Positions 37,988 through 49,831 of a stretch of 64,000 nucleotides of DNA are shown here, piece by piece. A program made the position numbers and the translations under genes. Positions within the stretch are counted from its first letter, which is position 1. Each line of letters opens with the position of its first letter. Source of the DNA: Malacoraja senta (lineage: Eukaryota); contig CM075999.1 in NCBI GenBank assembly GCA_038087875.1, forward strand, positions 1,614,001 to 1,678,000. The letters run 5' to 3'. The notes beneath the pieces were generated by a model. That model saw nothing but the letters and a program-made list of their open reading frames with translations. It did not search any database and was not told where the DNA came from.

Positions 37988-38540
37988 TGGGTGGCACGGT
38001 GGCGCAGTGGTAGAGTTGCTGCCTACCCCTGTCCCACTTAGGAAACCTGAATGGAAACCTCTGGAGACTTTGCGCCCCACCCAAGGTTTCCGTGCGGTTC
38101 CCGGAGGTTCCCGGAGGTTTTTGTCAGTCTCCCTAATGGTCGAAAGGGGTTTCCGCTTGACAAAAACTGACAAAAACCTCCGAGAACCTCCGGGAACCGC
38201 ACGGAAACCTTGGGTGGGGCGCAAAGTCTCCAGAGGTTTCCGTTCAGGTTTCCTAAGTGGGACAGGGGCATAGTGCCAGAGACCAGGGGTTCAATCTGAC
38301 TACAGGTGCTATCTGTACAGAGTTTATATGTTCTTCCTGTGACCACATGGGTTTTCTCCGAAATCTTCAGTTTCCTCCCATACTCCAAAGACGCACAGGT
38401 TTGTAGGTTACTTGGCTTGGTATAAATGTAAATTGTCCCTAGTGTGTGTGAGATTGTGATAGTGTGTGGGGATCGCTGGTTGGTGCGGATTCGGTGGGCT
38501 GAAGGGCCTGTTTCCGCGCTGTATCTCCAAACTAAATCTA
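37988..38540 (+). mobile_element. V-SINE interrupted by a MITE in its tRNA head
   Basis: gggtggcacggtggcgcagtggtagagttgctgccta[MITE]tagtgccagagacc... then V-domain and tail. Confidence 0.85.
38024..38270. mobile_element. Near-palindromic PIF/Harbinger-type MITE (about 247 bp)
   Basis: TIRs of about 100 bp, CCCCTGTCCCACTTAGGAAACCTGAA... / ...TTCAGGTTTCCTAAGTGGGACAGGGG; the spacer is related to the 16613-17000 MITE. Confidence 0.85.
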
Positions 38541-39140
38541 GCACACTGATAAATTAGTCATGGCCAGAACGTGAAGTCCGCAGCAAGAACCCTTGCTCGA
38601 AACACTCAGGTGGTCTGAAGGCATTTGTGGAAAGAGAAATAGAGATAACATTTCAGATCAAAAGGTCTCTATGAAAGATTTGCAACTAGAAACATTAACT
38701 CCATTTCTCCTTCCTCACTGCTGTCTGCACTAGTGAGTGTTTCCAGAATTATATGTTTTTATCTCAGATTCCCTACATCTGCACTTATGGTTCCCTATTT
38801 TTAAGCCCTTGCAATTGACTGCAGAGAAAGATCACCACAACCTCACACAAACGACAGCTGAGAAACTCTCCTTCATACAGCCTGCCACTGTGTATTCACA
38901 AATATTTGTATCATTTTACACATGACACTCTTGGTTTTCTAAGCTAAGATCTTCCCTTGGTACCGCCTTAATATTTTATTAACAGAGATCCGCAGTTCCA
39001 TTTTGCTTTCTCTATTTCTATTTTGCTTTTCTCTTTGAAATATCCTGAGTTAATACGGTGCCAGAGAGCGACGCCATTTTAGATGAAGCTCCTCATAACA
39101 CAGATGAAACTGCCCTGGTGGCCATTTCTCCTTAATATCT

Positions 39141-39353
39141 TTTTGTTTAAGAAAGAACTGCAGATGCTGGAAAAATTGAAGGTAGACAAAAAATGCTGGC
39201 GAAACTCAGCGGGTGAGGCAGCATCTATGGAGAGAAGGAATTGGCAACGTTTCGGGTCGACCGAAAGAAGGGTTTCGACCCGAAACGCAGCCAATTCCTT
39301 TCTCCATAGATGCTGCCTCACCCGCTGAGTTTCTCCAGCATTTTTTGTCTACC
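39141..39353. mobile_element. Fold-back Penelope-like insertion
   Basis: Inverted arms of about 80 bp; 15-bp TSD TTCTCCTTAATATCT at 39126-39140 and 39354-39368. Confidence 0.85.
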
Positions 39354-39399
39354 TTCTCCTTAATATCTCACCCTTCCAGTGCTGAGAAAGACATTTTTT

Positions 39400-39670
39400 C
39401 TAGTGTTGAAAGTTTCCTGTCAATCATCGCTAACTCAAGGGAACTACAGATCTTTGTTGAACCTGCAGAATGTGGTGAACTCGGCCAAGTCCATCGCAGG
39501 CTTGCACTTCCTTCCATCTGCCCCATCTCTTTGCATCCACAAGGCAGAGAGTATCGTCAAGGATTCCGGTCACCCTGGCCATTTCCTCTACTGTCTTCTA
39601 CCTTCTGGAACAAGAAACAGGAACCTGAAAGCCCAGACATCTAAACTTAAGAACAGCCTGAACTAATCAC
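39400..39670 (+). mobile_element. Old Rex1/Babar-type LINE ORF-end fragment
   Basis: LQNVVNSAKSIAG...KAESIVKDSGHPGHFLYCLLPSGTRNRNLKAQTSKLKNS. Confidence 0.65.
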
Positions 39671-40439
39671 TGCTTTTATACCTCCTTACAGAAGATGCTT
39701 GCAAGCACTCTCACTCTTCACTCTATTTCATTCGGTTATTCCCTTCTTAGACTTTAACACTATGTTTTGCACTACCTCAGTTAGCACCACAGTTTATGGA
39801 CATTGTCTTGTTTGCTCTGGTCATAGCATTTCATTTTACATTCATCATTACTGTATATTATTTCGTCGATAAACTTCATGTGAACAAGGAGTTTTGTTAC
39901 ACCCTCATTATATAGGAATAAACCAACCTGATTCTGGTTTTTTAAATCCCCATTTTGGTCATTTGCAATCACACATCTGTAATGGATCATAGCCATTTAC
40001 TTCTAATTGTATCATCAATTCATCTATCTTTAGATGTGCAAATTCAAATAAAGATCCATCAATTGTGTGCTTTGATCAATTTTTCCCACTGTAACTCTGG
40101 AGGTGTATTTTATACTGTCCTTCCTCATCCTCTCTGGTTGTCATGGGACGTTTCATTACACTATTCCACCTCCATTTTATTTATTTCAACCTTTCTAAAT
40201 TTCTCCTTTCCAGAATTTCCTCCATGTTAAAAGCCAAACCACTGCCTTATTCAATTCATTGGGACCCTTGTCCCAGCCTAATGTGAGTGAAGCCTTTTCT
40301 AATGGAACATCTCCTGCTAAAAAAGGGCTGCAACCCGAAACCTCACCCATTCCTTTTCTCCAGAGATGCTGCTTGACCCGCCGAGTTACTTCAGCATCTT
40401 GCATCTAGTTCTATGTTCTATAGAAGTGCTATGCACCAC

Positions 40440-40642
40440 TCTAGGGACAATTCACAGTAGCCAATTATCCTGCAAACCTGCACGTCTTTCGGATGTGGGA
40501 GGAAATGTGAGCACTGAAGGAAACCCACACTGTCACAGGGAGAACGTACAAACTCCATACAGACAGCACCCATTGTCAGGATTGAACCTGGGTCTCTGGC
40601 GCTGTGAGGCAGCAACTCTACCGCTGCGCCACCGTGCCGCCC
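40440..40642 (-). mobile_element. V-SINE (HE1-like), 3'-truncated
   Basis: Reverse V-domain and head ...ctctaccgctgcgccaccgtgccgccc. Confidence 0.8.
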
Positions 40643-42470
40643 TTGTTCAAGGTCTTAGAGCTCCCCTATCGCACCAACATCTACAAGATTTGGGATAGGA
40701 GCTAAATGCTAGCCTCACCTGCATTGCCGAGATTCTGAATTTACAATGGGAACATAACTGTTCATCCATGGGTATTTTGCTTATTTGCCCATGGTTGAAC
40801 ATTTTTACATTGTTTTCTTTTGCTATCAGCAATGTTTCAAAGTGGCCAAAATCATCTCAATTCAGGCTCCAATGAGTCTGGAAACCGTGTCGACTCCTGT
40901 CCCAAATATGAGTGGTGTTACCTCGACAGGAACCTAAATGGAAAATTCTGCTTGCTTGTTTTTCTTGGCTAGCCTGTTCACTGGGAGGAGTTATCTTAGT
41001 TGTGTTTTTTTTCTCTTCTCTCCGCATGTGCTAAACTGGTTGCAGTTCAAATTAGAGTAAAACTATTTGTAAGGGTTGGTGGCTTGTGTGACCCCAACAA
41101 AACTCCAGGAGGTTCTTGCTGTCACTTCACTGCTTCATTAAAATAAATACAAGACTACAACAAGCTAATTTATCATCTCTGGAATCAAGATGCAATGACT
41201 GCTCCTTTTAACTTTAGGCCTACTGATGACAGCAACCCTCACGGGGTACATCGATGTCAAACAAGCACTTTGAAAGCACCAAGCTTGATCTAAAAGGGGA
41301 AATGTAAGAAAGTTGAACCTATTTCGTTTGCTTCTGAATTCTCAGGATCGTGAACCATTTCTTCACTTATTGGAAACGCAAGGAACAGTGGCGTAGAGGC
41401 AGCGCAGAGGCACAGTGGTAGAGTTGCTGCCTTGCAGCGCCAGAGACCAGGGTTCGATCCTGACTACGGGTGCTGTCTGTACGGAGTGCTCAATTAGTGA
41501 CCCACTTGCCGTTTGTAGAAGTCTGCACCAGGGTTGATGCCTTAATTAAGGGGGATTAGGTACAGGGAGAGTTTGGACAGACTTGGATTATTTTCTCTGG
41601 AACGGAAGTAGAAGAGGAAACCTAATAGGAGTATATAGAATTATGAGGGGCATAGATAGGGTAGAGAGTCAGAACCTTTTTTTTTCAGGATGGATAATAT
41701 AAAAAAAACAAGAAGGCATAGGTTTAATTTGTGAGGGGCAAAGTTTAAAAAAAAAGAGGGTGGGTGAGTGCTTGCAACTCATTGCCAGAGCTGGTGATGG
41801 AAGCAGATACAATAGTGGCATTTAAAAGACTTTTGGATAGGCACATGGTATTTTTGGGTGGCACAGTGGAAGCATCACTGACCTGTCAAGGCAGAGGTGC
41901 CCTCCCCACCACTCAATATCTCATGCCATCATTATTGTGGCCACCTCTCTTCAGTCTCAATGTTCTCTCGGCTGTGGAAAGGGGTTGGAAGCAGGGTTCT
42001 ACAAAGCGAGTGCCATCGTGGAATCTGACCTCTGATCAGAATACAAAAACTTGTGTTCTATAAGCTGGACTTTGTGAAATGGAATATTTATTACGCAGCG
42101 TACCAAAGATAATGGGTAAAGTTCTGAAGGACATGCATTATTGTGAAATGGGAAATTATTAGGCAAAGTATCTTGCAGATTAGTATCTTGCAGCGCACAA
42201 AAAGGCTGCTGCGATTCATAACTTCCAACATCACTGCCAAGAGTATTTAATTTTACTTCGGAGTCACGTGAGTGACTACGTGAAGAAGAGCCCGTCCAGC
42301 CACACACGCGTCATATCGTCAGACGCATAGCGTTCAGACCGTGTGTGGAGGAGCAGGGCTCCTCCAAGCGGTGAGCAAAGCAAAAGTCGGAAGGTACTAA
42401 GTGCTTTCACTTTCACTTCCAGGTTCGCCTTCATCGTCTGACTTGTTGGTGGAGCTCCACGCAAGTTATC

Positions 42471-43910
42471 ATGGAGAGAGGGCGCAGAGGAAAAAGATGT
42501 ACCGCAGGTAAACCCCAAGTATCGGAGGGTAGCGGGCGTCAGTTAGAGGAGTCAGTGGCAGTAAGGCCATTAACTCCTGTTGCGGTCGAAAGTGCCGTTG
42601 TACCGCGTGTGGGGCGGAAGGCAGGACAAAAGTCCGTACGACCAGCAGACTCCGATGAGTCAGACCCGGAGGAATACCATCCCCAATCAGAAAATGTTAT
42701 GGCTGCTAGGGTAGCTAGCCTAGAACTCCTTATGGGGAAGATGATTTATAAAGAGCCCCCGCAGGAGGAATTTAGTCTGTGTTGGCCTATGGGAGATACA
42801 GCACAGGGAGTGCCTTGGATGGGACAGGCACAATGTTGGCCTACAGGAGAGCCATCAGGAATGTCTGTGCAAAGACAATACAGAGGTTGGCCTACAGGAG
42901 AGCCAATGCCCGAAATGCCAGCAAAAAGGCAGTATATGTGTTGGCCTACAGGAGAGCCAGTGCCAGAAATGCCTGAACAAAGGCAGTATAAACGTTGGTC
43001 TAGAGATGTGCCAGCACAAACAATGTCAGAAGAAAGACAATCTAAGCGTTGGCCTGGAAGTGAGCCAGTGCCAGCAGCACCTGAAACAGGGCTGCCTATC
43101 CGTGGGCCTACAGGAGAGCCCGCGCAGGGGGAATCTGGCAGAGACTTCACTATGCGAAGGCTGATGGAAGAGCCAGTGCTAGACTTACCTGAAACAGGGA
43201 TGCCAGGAATTTCCCATCAGGAGGAGGAACATCAAGATTCAGATGATGATTTATAGGAGGACCAGAGCCCAATAACAGAGCTTAAAATACCAGGGCTGGC
43301 ACAAAAGTTTGTTGTTCCCAGAATAACAGGGGAACCTTTGGGAGATGAAATAGCAATGACTATAAATTATCTGCTCTCCCATCAGCTCCAAGAATTAACT
43401 ATGGACGAGACTGATAAAAAATATGAGACCCTGGAGAATTGTGCACTGTTAACAGTTCCAGTGGTGAATAACTTAATATGGGGCTATTTGGGCATTGGAT
43501 TACGCTCACAAGAATTAAAATTACAACGAGTGCTGAGATTGCTGGGGTCAGGCATTACGGCGTTTGCCAGAGGGTTGGATGAAGAACATATATCTGATTC
43601 ACAACAAGATGCCTTAGCACTTATGTGTAGTGCGCACTTTGAAATAAACTGTATTCGTAAAAGTGCAATAAGACCGAATATTCATCCTAAGTATGCAGGG
43701 CTCTGTAAACCATCCAATATATAACTGCCTAATCTGCTTTTTGGAGAAAATCTAGCAAAAAAGATAAAAGACCTGAATGAAGAGGCAAAAACCATGGGCA
43801 TGATGAAACCACCGATGTTGAGCAGATCGATGCGAAGGCAGTATCCCTACAGACGGATGTCTGGTGCTGGAGAAGGAACAAGCCGATCGTTCCCATATAC
43901 GCGTTGGCGT
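42471..43910 (+). pseudogene. Outer DIRS ORF1 (gag-like), single frame with nonsense codons at 43254 and 43722
   Basis: ORFs 42471-43256 and 43338-43724 are in the same frame; read-through gives LFGENLAKKIKDL. Homologous to the inner gag (GEPLG.E.A..INY..SHQLQELTMDET). Confidence 0.75.
42780..43200 (+). repeat. Tandem repeat of about 54 bp (18 aa) in the outer gag, 7-8 units
   Basis: WPMGD / WPTGEP (x3) / WSRDVP / WPGSEP / GPTGEP at 17-18 aa spacing. Confidence 0.8.
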
Positions 43911-43989
43911 AATGCACCTGGGATGCGTGGAGGTTACAATGTGCCTACTAAGAGGGGATAACATTTGCCGACGGCAAACCCCGAGGTAG

Positions 43990-45052
43990 AGGGGTCTGGT
44001 AAGAAACATAACAAATGTTTTACACTCGCAAGTTGGGGGAGGATTACAATTCTTCCTAAAAGAATGGCAACTAATAACAAATGATTTGTTTATACTGTGC
44101 AGCATTGTGGGATTTAGAATTGAGTTCTATCCACATTTGGATCCTCCTATTCAGCATATTTCAAGCCGGTCACGTACTTTCTCAAAGGAAGAGAATACGC
44201 AGATCCAGGCAGAATTGAAAATTTTGTGCAATAAGGGTGTAATAGAAAAGTCAGTAGAACAACACCATCAGTTTGTGTCAAGTATTTTTCCTAGAATAAA
44301 AAAGGATGGTGGATGTAGAATTATTCTGGATCTGACAAGTCTTAACCCTTTTGTACAGTATAAACATTTTAAAATGGAAACATTTACTAACGCCATTCAG
44401 CTTGTCACAAGTAACTGCTATATGGCAAGCATATATCTGCAAGATGCATATTATTCTGTGGCTGTGCATGGTAATGATCAAAGATATCTAAAATTTAGGT
44501 GGATGAGTCAGTTATGGCAGTTTAAAGCATTGCCCAATGGTCTGACTTCAGCACCAAGGTTATTTACAAAATTACTCAAACCAATTTTAGCTCTGCTAAG
44601 AGCTGAGGGCCATGTATTAATGGCTTATTTGGATGATATTCTGATTGTGGGGGACACTTTGGCTACCGCAAAGGTATCAGTATTAAGAGTCAAGTACATT
44701 TTTGAGAAAATGGGATTCATTATTCACCCACAAAAATCGAAACTATTACCAAGCACAAAGATTGATTACCTGGGGTTTACAATGAACTCAGAACACATGG
44801 TAATCACCTTGCCAAAAGATAAAAGGCTGCAGTTAATTGAGGGTTGTACTACGCTCATTAACGAGTACCAGCCCTCAATTAGACAAGTGGCGAGCTTGCT
44901 GGGCAAATTAATTGCTGCTTTTCCAGCTGTAAAATTTGGACCATTGCATTATCAGCATTTGCAGAGAGCTAAGGTACAAGCATTAAAGATTAATGCAGGG
45001 CATTTTGATAGGCCCATGCAATTGACAATTGAGCCTATTATGGAAATAGAAT
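43990..45052 (+). pseudogene. Outer DIRS pol, reverse transcriptase domain (open frame until the nested insertion)
   Basis: QVGGGL..F...W; KKDGGCRIILDL; QDAYY; LPNGLTSAPRLFTK; MAYLDDILI; IDYLGF. Confidence 0.92.
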
Positions 45053-45279
45053 AGTAAGATTAAACGAGAACTTACCAGTTTGAAGTTTGATCTTTATTTT
45101 ATGAGGAGTTACGTTGGTGATTACGTGAAGAAGACCCGTCAGGGCGCATGCGCGTCAATCTTCAAAGCAGCGGTATGAAATCACAGACAACACCATAATT
45201 GAAGTAACATATTAAGATGATCAACATGAGAACTACCATTATGACCTTTTTTCTATGAGAGAGGGTTGGGCGTGGCGGG

Positions 45280-45390
45280 CACGTAATCACCAACGTAACT
45301 CCTCATAAAATAAAGATCAAACTTCAAACTGGTAAGTTCTCGTTTAATCTTACTATTTTACTTCGGAGTCACGTGAGTGACTACGTGAAG
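45280..45390 (-). other. Internal complementary region (ICR) of the inner DIRS
   Basis: Contains the fused end-to-start junction ...TTTAATCTTACT-ATT-TTACTTCGGAGTCACG...; exact reverse complement of 45050-45127 and of the left terminus. Confidence 0.92.
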
Positions 45391-45622
45391 ATTTTAAAGC
45401 TCTGTGATTTTTATGCCTCAGATCAAAATCCCGACTTCTCACTGCATCGATTGACTCTGAGTATCATCAATAATGCTGTAAACATGACATTGCATATCAT
45501 GCAAAACCAAAACAGTTTTATTTTGTGTCATAAAACAACCAATAAACCCTCTTAATTTAGGGCAACAAACGAAACAGAATTAAACAGTATTGAAAACAGA
45601 CTTTAAACCATAGCAACAGCAC

Positions 45623-46568
45623 TCAATATTGAGTTGGCAAACAGCCCTCCATCGGCAATCGGCAATATTGCTGAAACACAAGTTCATTTTTCCAACCTGC
45701 GGCTTTTAATATATGGTCGATGGGAACGTCCATCGCCCTGGCCGCGGATGTTGCTACTGCGCTAGTGGAATGAGATGTAAACACATAAATGTTAATTCCT
45801 GCCTGAACCAAGTCTTGCTTTAACCACCTTGAGATAGTCTGAACTGCCACTCTTTTATGTTGGCTTCTTGTAACTGACAAATAATCCTGTTTCTTCTTGT
45901 CTTAAAGCCCTTGTGGCTTCAATGTAATGTAACAAATGTGTCCTTACACATAAACATGGAGCTGTAGGATATGCTGAAAACACAATCTTAAATCCTGTCA
46001 CACCTGGCCTGCTTTGTTTGAGAAGGTCATAAATATAAAACAGAACATTCTCTGTATTCACTTCCATTCTATCTAACTGAAGTTTTTGCAAAGTCTGCAC
46101 TCTCTGTACTGACACCAATGCCATTAGCATAGCAAATTTCATGGTTAATTTTAACAAAGTTATAGACGTGACAGGGACCCAATGACGAAGTATGTTAAGA
46201 ACAACGCTTACATCGCAGATTACCATATTGCAGCTTAGGCGGTTTGGAATTAAAGAATCCTTTCATCAACCTAGATATGAGAGGGTGAGAACCTATACTT
46301 TGTGTACGTGTACCTATTACAAGATATGCCGACAAAGCACTTCTAGCTGTATTGATAGCAGTATAGCTAAGACCCTCATCATAATAAAGTGTAGATAAAA
46401 CTCTAACACATTTTCAATAACTACAGTATCATATTGAATATTCTTTTGAACACCATATTGTTCCCATTTTTTTACATAAGTCATATACTGCTTTTGAGTA
46501 CTCTTTCTCCAGGCTGCAGTGAGTATATCCACCGTTGGCCTAGAAAGTCCTCGACCAATGTAAGGCAT
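45623..46568 (-). pseudogene. Inner DIRS tyrosine recombinase (frameshifted)
   Basis: AAWRKSTQKQY; LVSVQRVQTL; TISRWLK; SHSTS (catalytic HxxR altered); AAGW. Confidence 0.88.
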
Positions 46569-46569
46569 T

Positions 46570-48300
46570 CTTAAAAACCTGCAAATTAACAGATCAATAC
46601 GATCACATAACGGATGAACTTAACGCGTTAATGGATGGTCCAGCAAATTCCTACTGTTTGGAATCAGCAAAAGGAGGTTGGATCACTATCTGTAACATCA
46701 GAGGGAACCATGATTGAATCGGGCAATTTGGTATCACCAAAACCCCTGAAGCGGCATCCTGCTTGATTTTCTCAAACACCGAGCTATGAGGCAGAATGGT
46801 GGGAAAATGTACACAAACATATCATCCCAATTTAGTGAAAAAGCATCAATTGCCACTGCCCCTGGATCTGGTGCCCATGAAACATATTTTGGCCTTCCAT
46901 ATAGAAGTACTATGTTCTTGAACACATCCTGGTTCAACATCCACTCTGTTTTATCATGGAATTTTCATGAGCTGCCATCTGGTACCACATTAAGTTTCCC
47001 TGGCAGATAGCTCCAATCCAAATATCCATACTCCCAGGTCCAATTTTATTTGCCAACCTGTCACATAACGATTTGATTCCACCCATGTGATTCATATAAG
47101 CAACTGCTGTAGTGTTGTGTATTTTGCACTGCACATGCAAACTAGTTTAGTTAGTGCCATAAGCCTTGAGTCCATAAAATACTCTTGGTTAATTCCCCAT
47201 GTTTGCAGAAGCAATGTCCATCTGTCTCCACAGCTGGATCTTGTATCAGTAGCACCCCACCCAAGTGCTCTGACATCGGTCTGCAAAATCATGGAAGCTT
47301 GGTCCAATAACACTTTGGAACTCCTAGTGGACACATGCTGAATCCACCATTGTACATCAGCAACAGCCTCTATTGATGGAAGCATAGGTCTATTATAATG
47401 ACCCCAATGTATCCTCAGTGCTTGTTCCTTTGACCTTTGTAATTGTAGATAATAAAGTGGCCACTATTGAACTGCTGGAAATGCTGCCAACAATTTCCAC
47501 AGCAGACTCGTCACCTGGCTAATTGAAGGCTGTGTGTCAGCAATTAACTTGATACAGCTCTTAATTAGCTCTACCCTTTTTTGCCTGGGCAAGGTCACAA
47601 TCATGTTGATTAAGTCTATTGTGAACCCAACTAGTCAATTCGTGTCACAGGTATTAATTTAGATTTCTCTGGATAGCTTATGAAGCCCAATTTTTAAAAA
47701 GTGGTTTTTACCAACTGCCTCTGATGCTTCAGCTGTTTCCTTTGATTGTCATACAATCAAGATATTATCTAGTTAAGCCATGAGCACCTGCCCTTGACTT
47801 CTCATCATGCCTAGAATAGGTTTTAACAACTTTGTAATTACTCTAGGAGCTGAAGACAAACGATTAGGCAGTGCATTGTATTGCCATAATTGCCCCATCC
47901 AGCTGAATTTTAAATCTTCTATTCTGCAAATGAACAGACACTGAATCCGGATCTTTAAGATCTCCTCAAACGTTTCCATCTTAAAATGTCTATACCGTAC
48001 AAAAAGGTTTAAGACTATTCAGGTCCAGTATAATTCTGCATCCCCCATCCTTTTTTGGTCTGGGAAAGATATTGGACACAAACTGATGGCTTTGGTAAAC
48101 TGCGTTAGCAATTACACGTTTATTACATAAGCTTGCAAGTTCCACCTGAACATCCAATTGTTCAGTGATACTGAAGTCAAACTCCTTTTTTGGAACATGT
48201 TGCATGGGTAAATCAGAATTTGCATTAAGCTTTATTCGATACCCTTCAATAACCTTCAGTATAAACATATCTGAGGTAAACATTTAATTGTATCCCATTA
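46570..48300 (-). pseudogene. Inner DIRS pol (RT, RNase H, MT), many frameshifts and stops
   Basis: KKDGGCRIILDL; LPNRLSSAPRVITK; YLDD mutated to *LDN; LQTDVRALGWGA; NTTAVAYMNHMGG; DAFSLNW..YIFPPF. Confidence 0.88.
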
Positions 48301-48399
48301 GATCTGTCTACATGAGAACCAGACCCACTTACGTCCTTACCACCTGGCATTCTTCCCCGGCCTTGAGCTGGATATCTCACCTTCCCTGGCGCTGCTACA

Positions 48400-49630
48400 G
48401 CCGAACGCCAACTGCGCTGCATCGTAGCTGGACTCGTCCCTTGCCCGGACCAGTCTCCTCGCTTATAGGGGTACTTCCTCCAGCTCCTTCGCCTGCTTTG
48501 CGAAATCCTCGCCAAACAGCTGTGCCGGTTGCACTGTGCCAGGCTGGCAGAGTGAAGCATATTTAGGGTTGATGGTTGGTCTAAACGCAGTCTTGCGGAG
48601 GCAGTTGATCTCAAAGTGGGCACTCCACAATAGCGCCACACCTTTTGTTGTAATTTCGTCATGGCCTCTCCATCCACCATCCTGGCAAAGCTCGTTATGC
48701 CAGATGCCAGCAACTTCAAAAATATGCTGGAGCTTCACCTCCTCCTGGGCTCTCATTTGTATGCCCATCTTGCCCCAAATCTTCCTGTTCCCAACAGGAA
48801 CTTTTAACAGGCCACAGTTGATTGGGGCTTCATGCTTCCTTACTGTCTCATCCATTGTCAGCTCCTGTAGCTGATGTGAGACTTGGTAATTTATGCTGGT
48901 GGCAAGTTCCTCACCCAGAGGCTCACCAGCGTCCGATGACATGGCAAACCGTGCTGCACACGGTGTCAGCTCTGGCCGCTGCATGCCCTCCCTTTGGAAG
49001 TCATCGTCGGACTCAGGGTCAGAGCGTATCTGCCCTTCTGCACTCACCTCTTGCAAAGAGGGTGCTTTCAAGCAGGCCTCTACTAGGCACTGCCGGCGGA
49101 GCCTTCCCGACGGCCTCCCGCCCACACAACTCCTCCTGGAGTGTGGCTTTGTGAAGCAGGCCTCTCCTAGGCACTGCCGGCGAAGCCTTCCCTATGGCCT
49201 CTAGCCTGCACAACTCCTCCTGGAGTGTGGCTTTGTGAAGCAGGCCTCTCCTAGGCACTGCCGGCGGAGCCGTCCCAACGGCCTCCCGCCTGCACAACTC
49301 CTCCTGGAGTGTGGCTTTGTGGAGCAGCCCCTGTATGCGCTGCTCCTTTTGGATAACCGCTGGGGCACGGTATCCTGTCCCCGACGGGACTCTCCTGGCC
49401 CGACTCTGCGGAGTCAATGGCCCTGACAGACTTGGCTTATGCCTACCGCCCAACTGGCGTTGGCTGTGTACCCGGCTGGGCACTTTGCCAAGTCTGTCGC
49501 CGCACCGCTACCGGCTTGCGACTCCCCAGAGGTGACAGGCTGCCTTTCAGAGACTGCGCTCCCGCAGCTCTCTCTCTCCTTGTCCGTAGCAGGCCTGTAC
49601 CTTGATGATTTTTTACTTGTTCCTGCATTG
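48400..49630 (-). pseudogene. Inner DIRS ORF1 (gag-like), frameshifted
   Basis: GEPLGEELATSINYQVSHQLQELTMDET...SAHFEINCLRK..RP.I.PKYA.LC...LFGE, matching the outer gag. Confidence 0.75.
49070..49327. repeat. 3 x 84-bp tandem repeat in the inner gag
   Basis: Units start at 49070, 49154 and 49238 (aagcaggcctct..taggcactgccggc...caactcctcctggagtgtggctttgtg). Confidence 0.92.
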
Positions 49631-49831
49631 TTGGGAAAAAATACAGCAACAAACTTCTACTTTTTTCTAACTCCTCCAAAGTCTACCCGACTTTGGTGGA
49701 GCTGTAACTACTCACCTGCAGGAGGAGCTCCGTCTTCCTGCTGCCGGGCGCCAATGCGTCAGACGTAATGACGCGCATGTGCCCTGACGGGTCTTCTTCA
49801 CGTAGTCACTCACGTGACTCCGAAGTAAAAT

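Larger units (their letters stand above)
45050..49831 (-). mobile_element. DIRS1-like retrotransposon (inner element, 4782 bp) nested antisense in the outer pol
   Basis: Right end 45050-45157, ICR 45280-45390, left end 49769-49831; AAT at both junctions; decayed gag, RT, RH, MT and YR on the minus strand. Confidence 0.95.
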
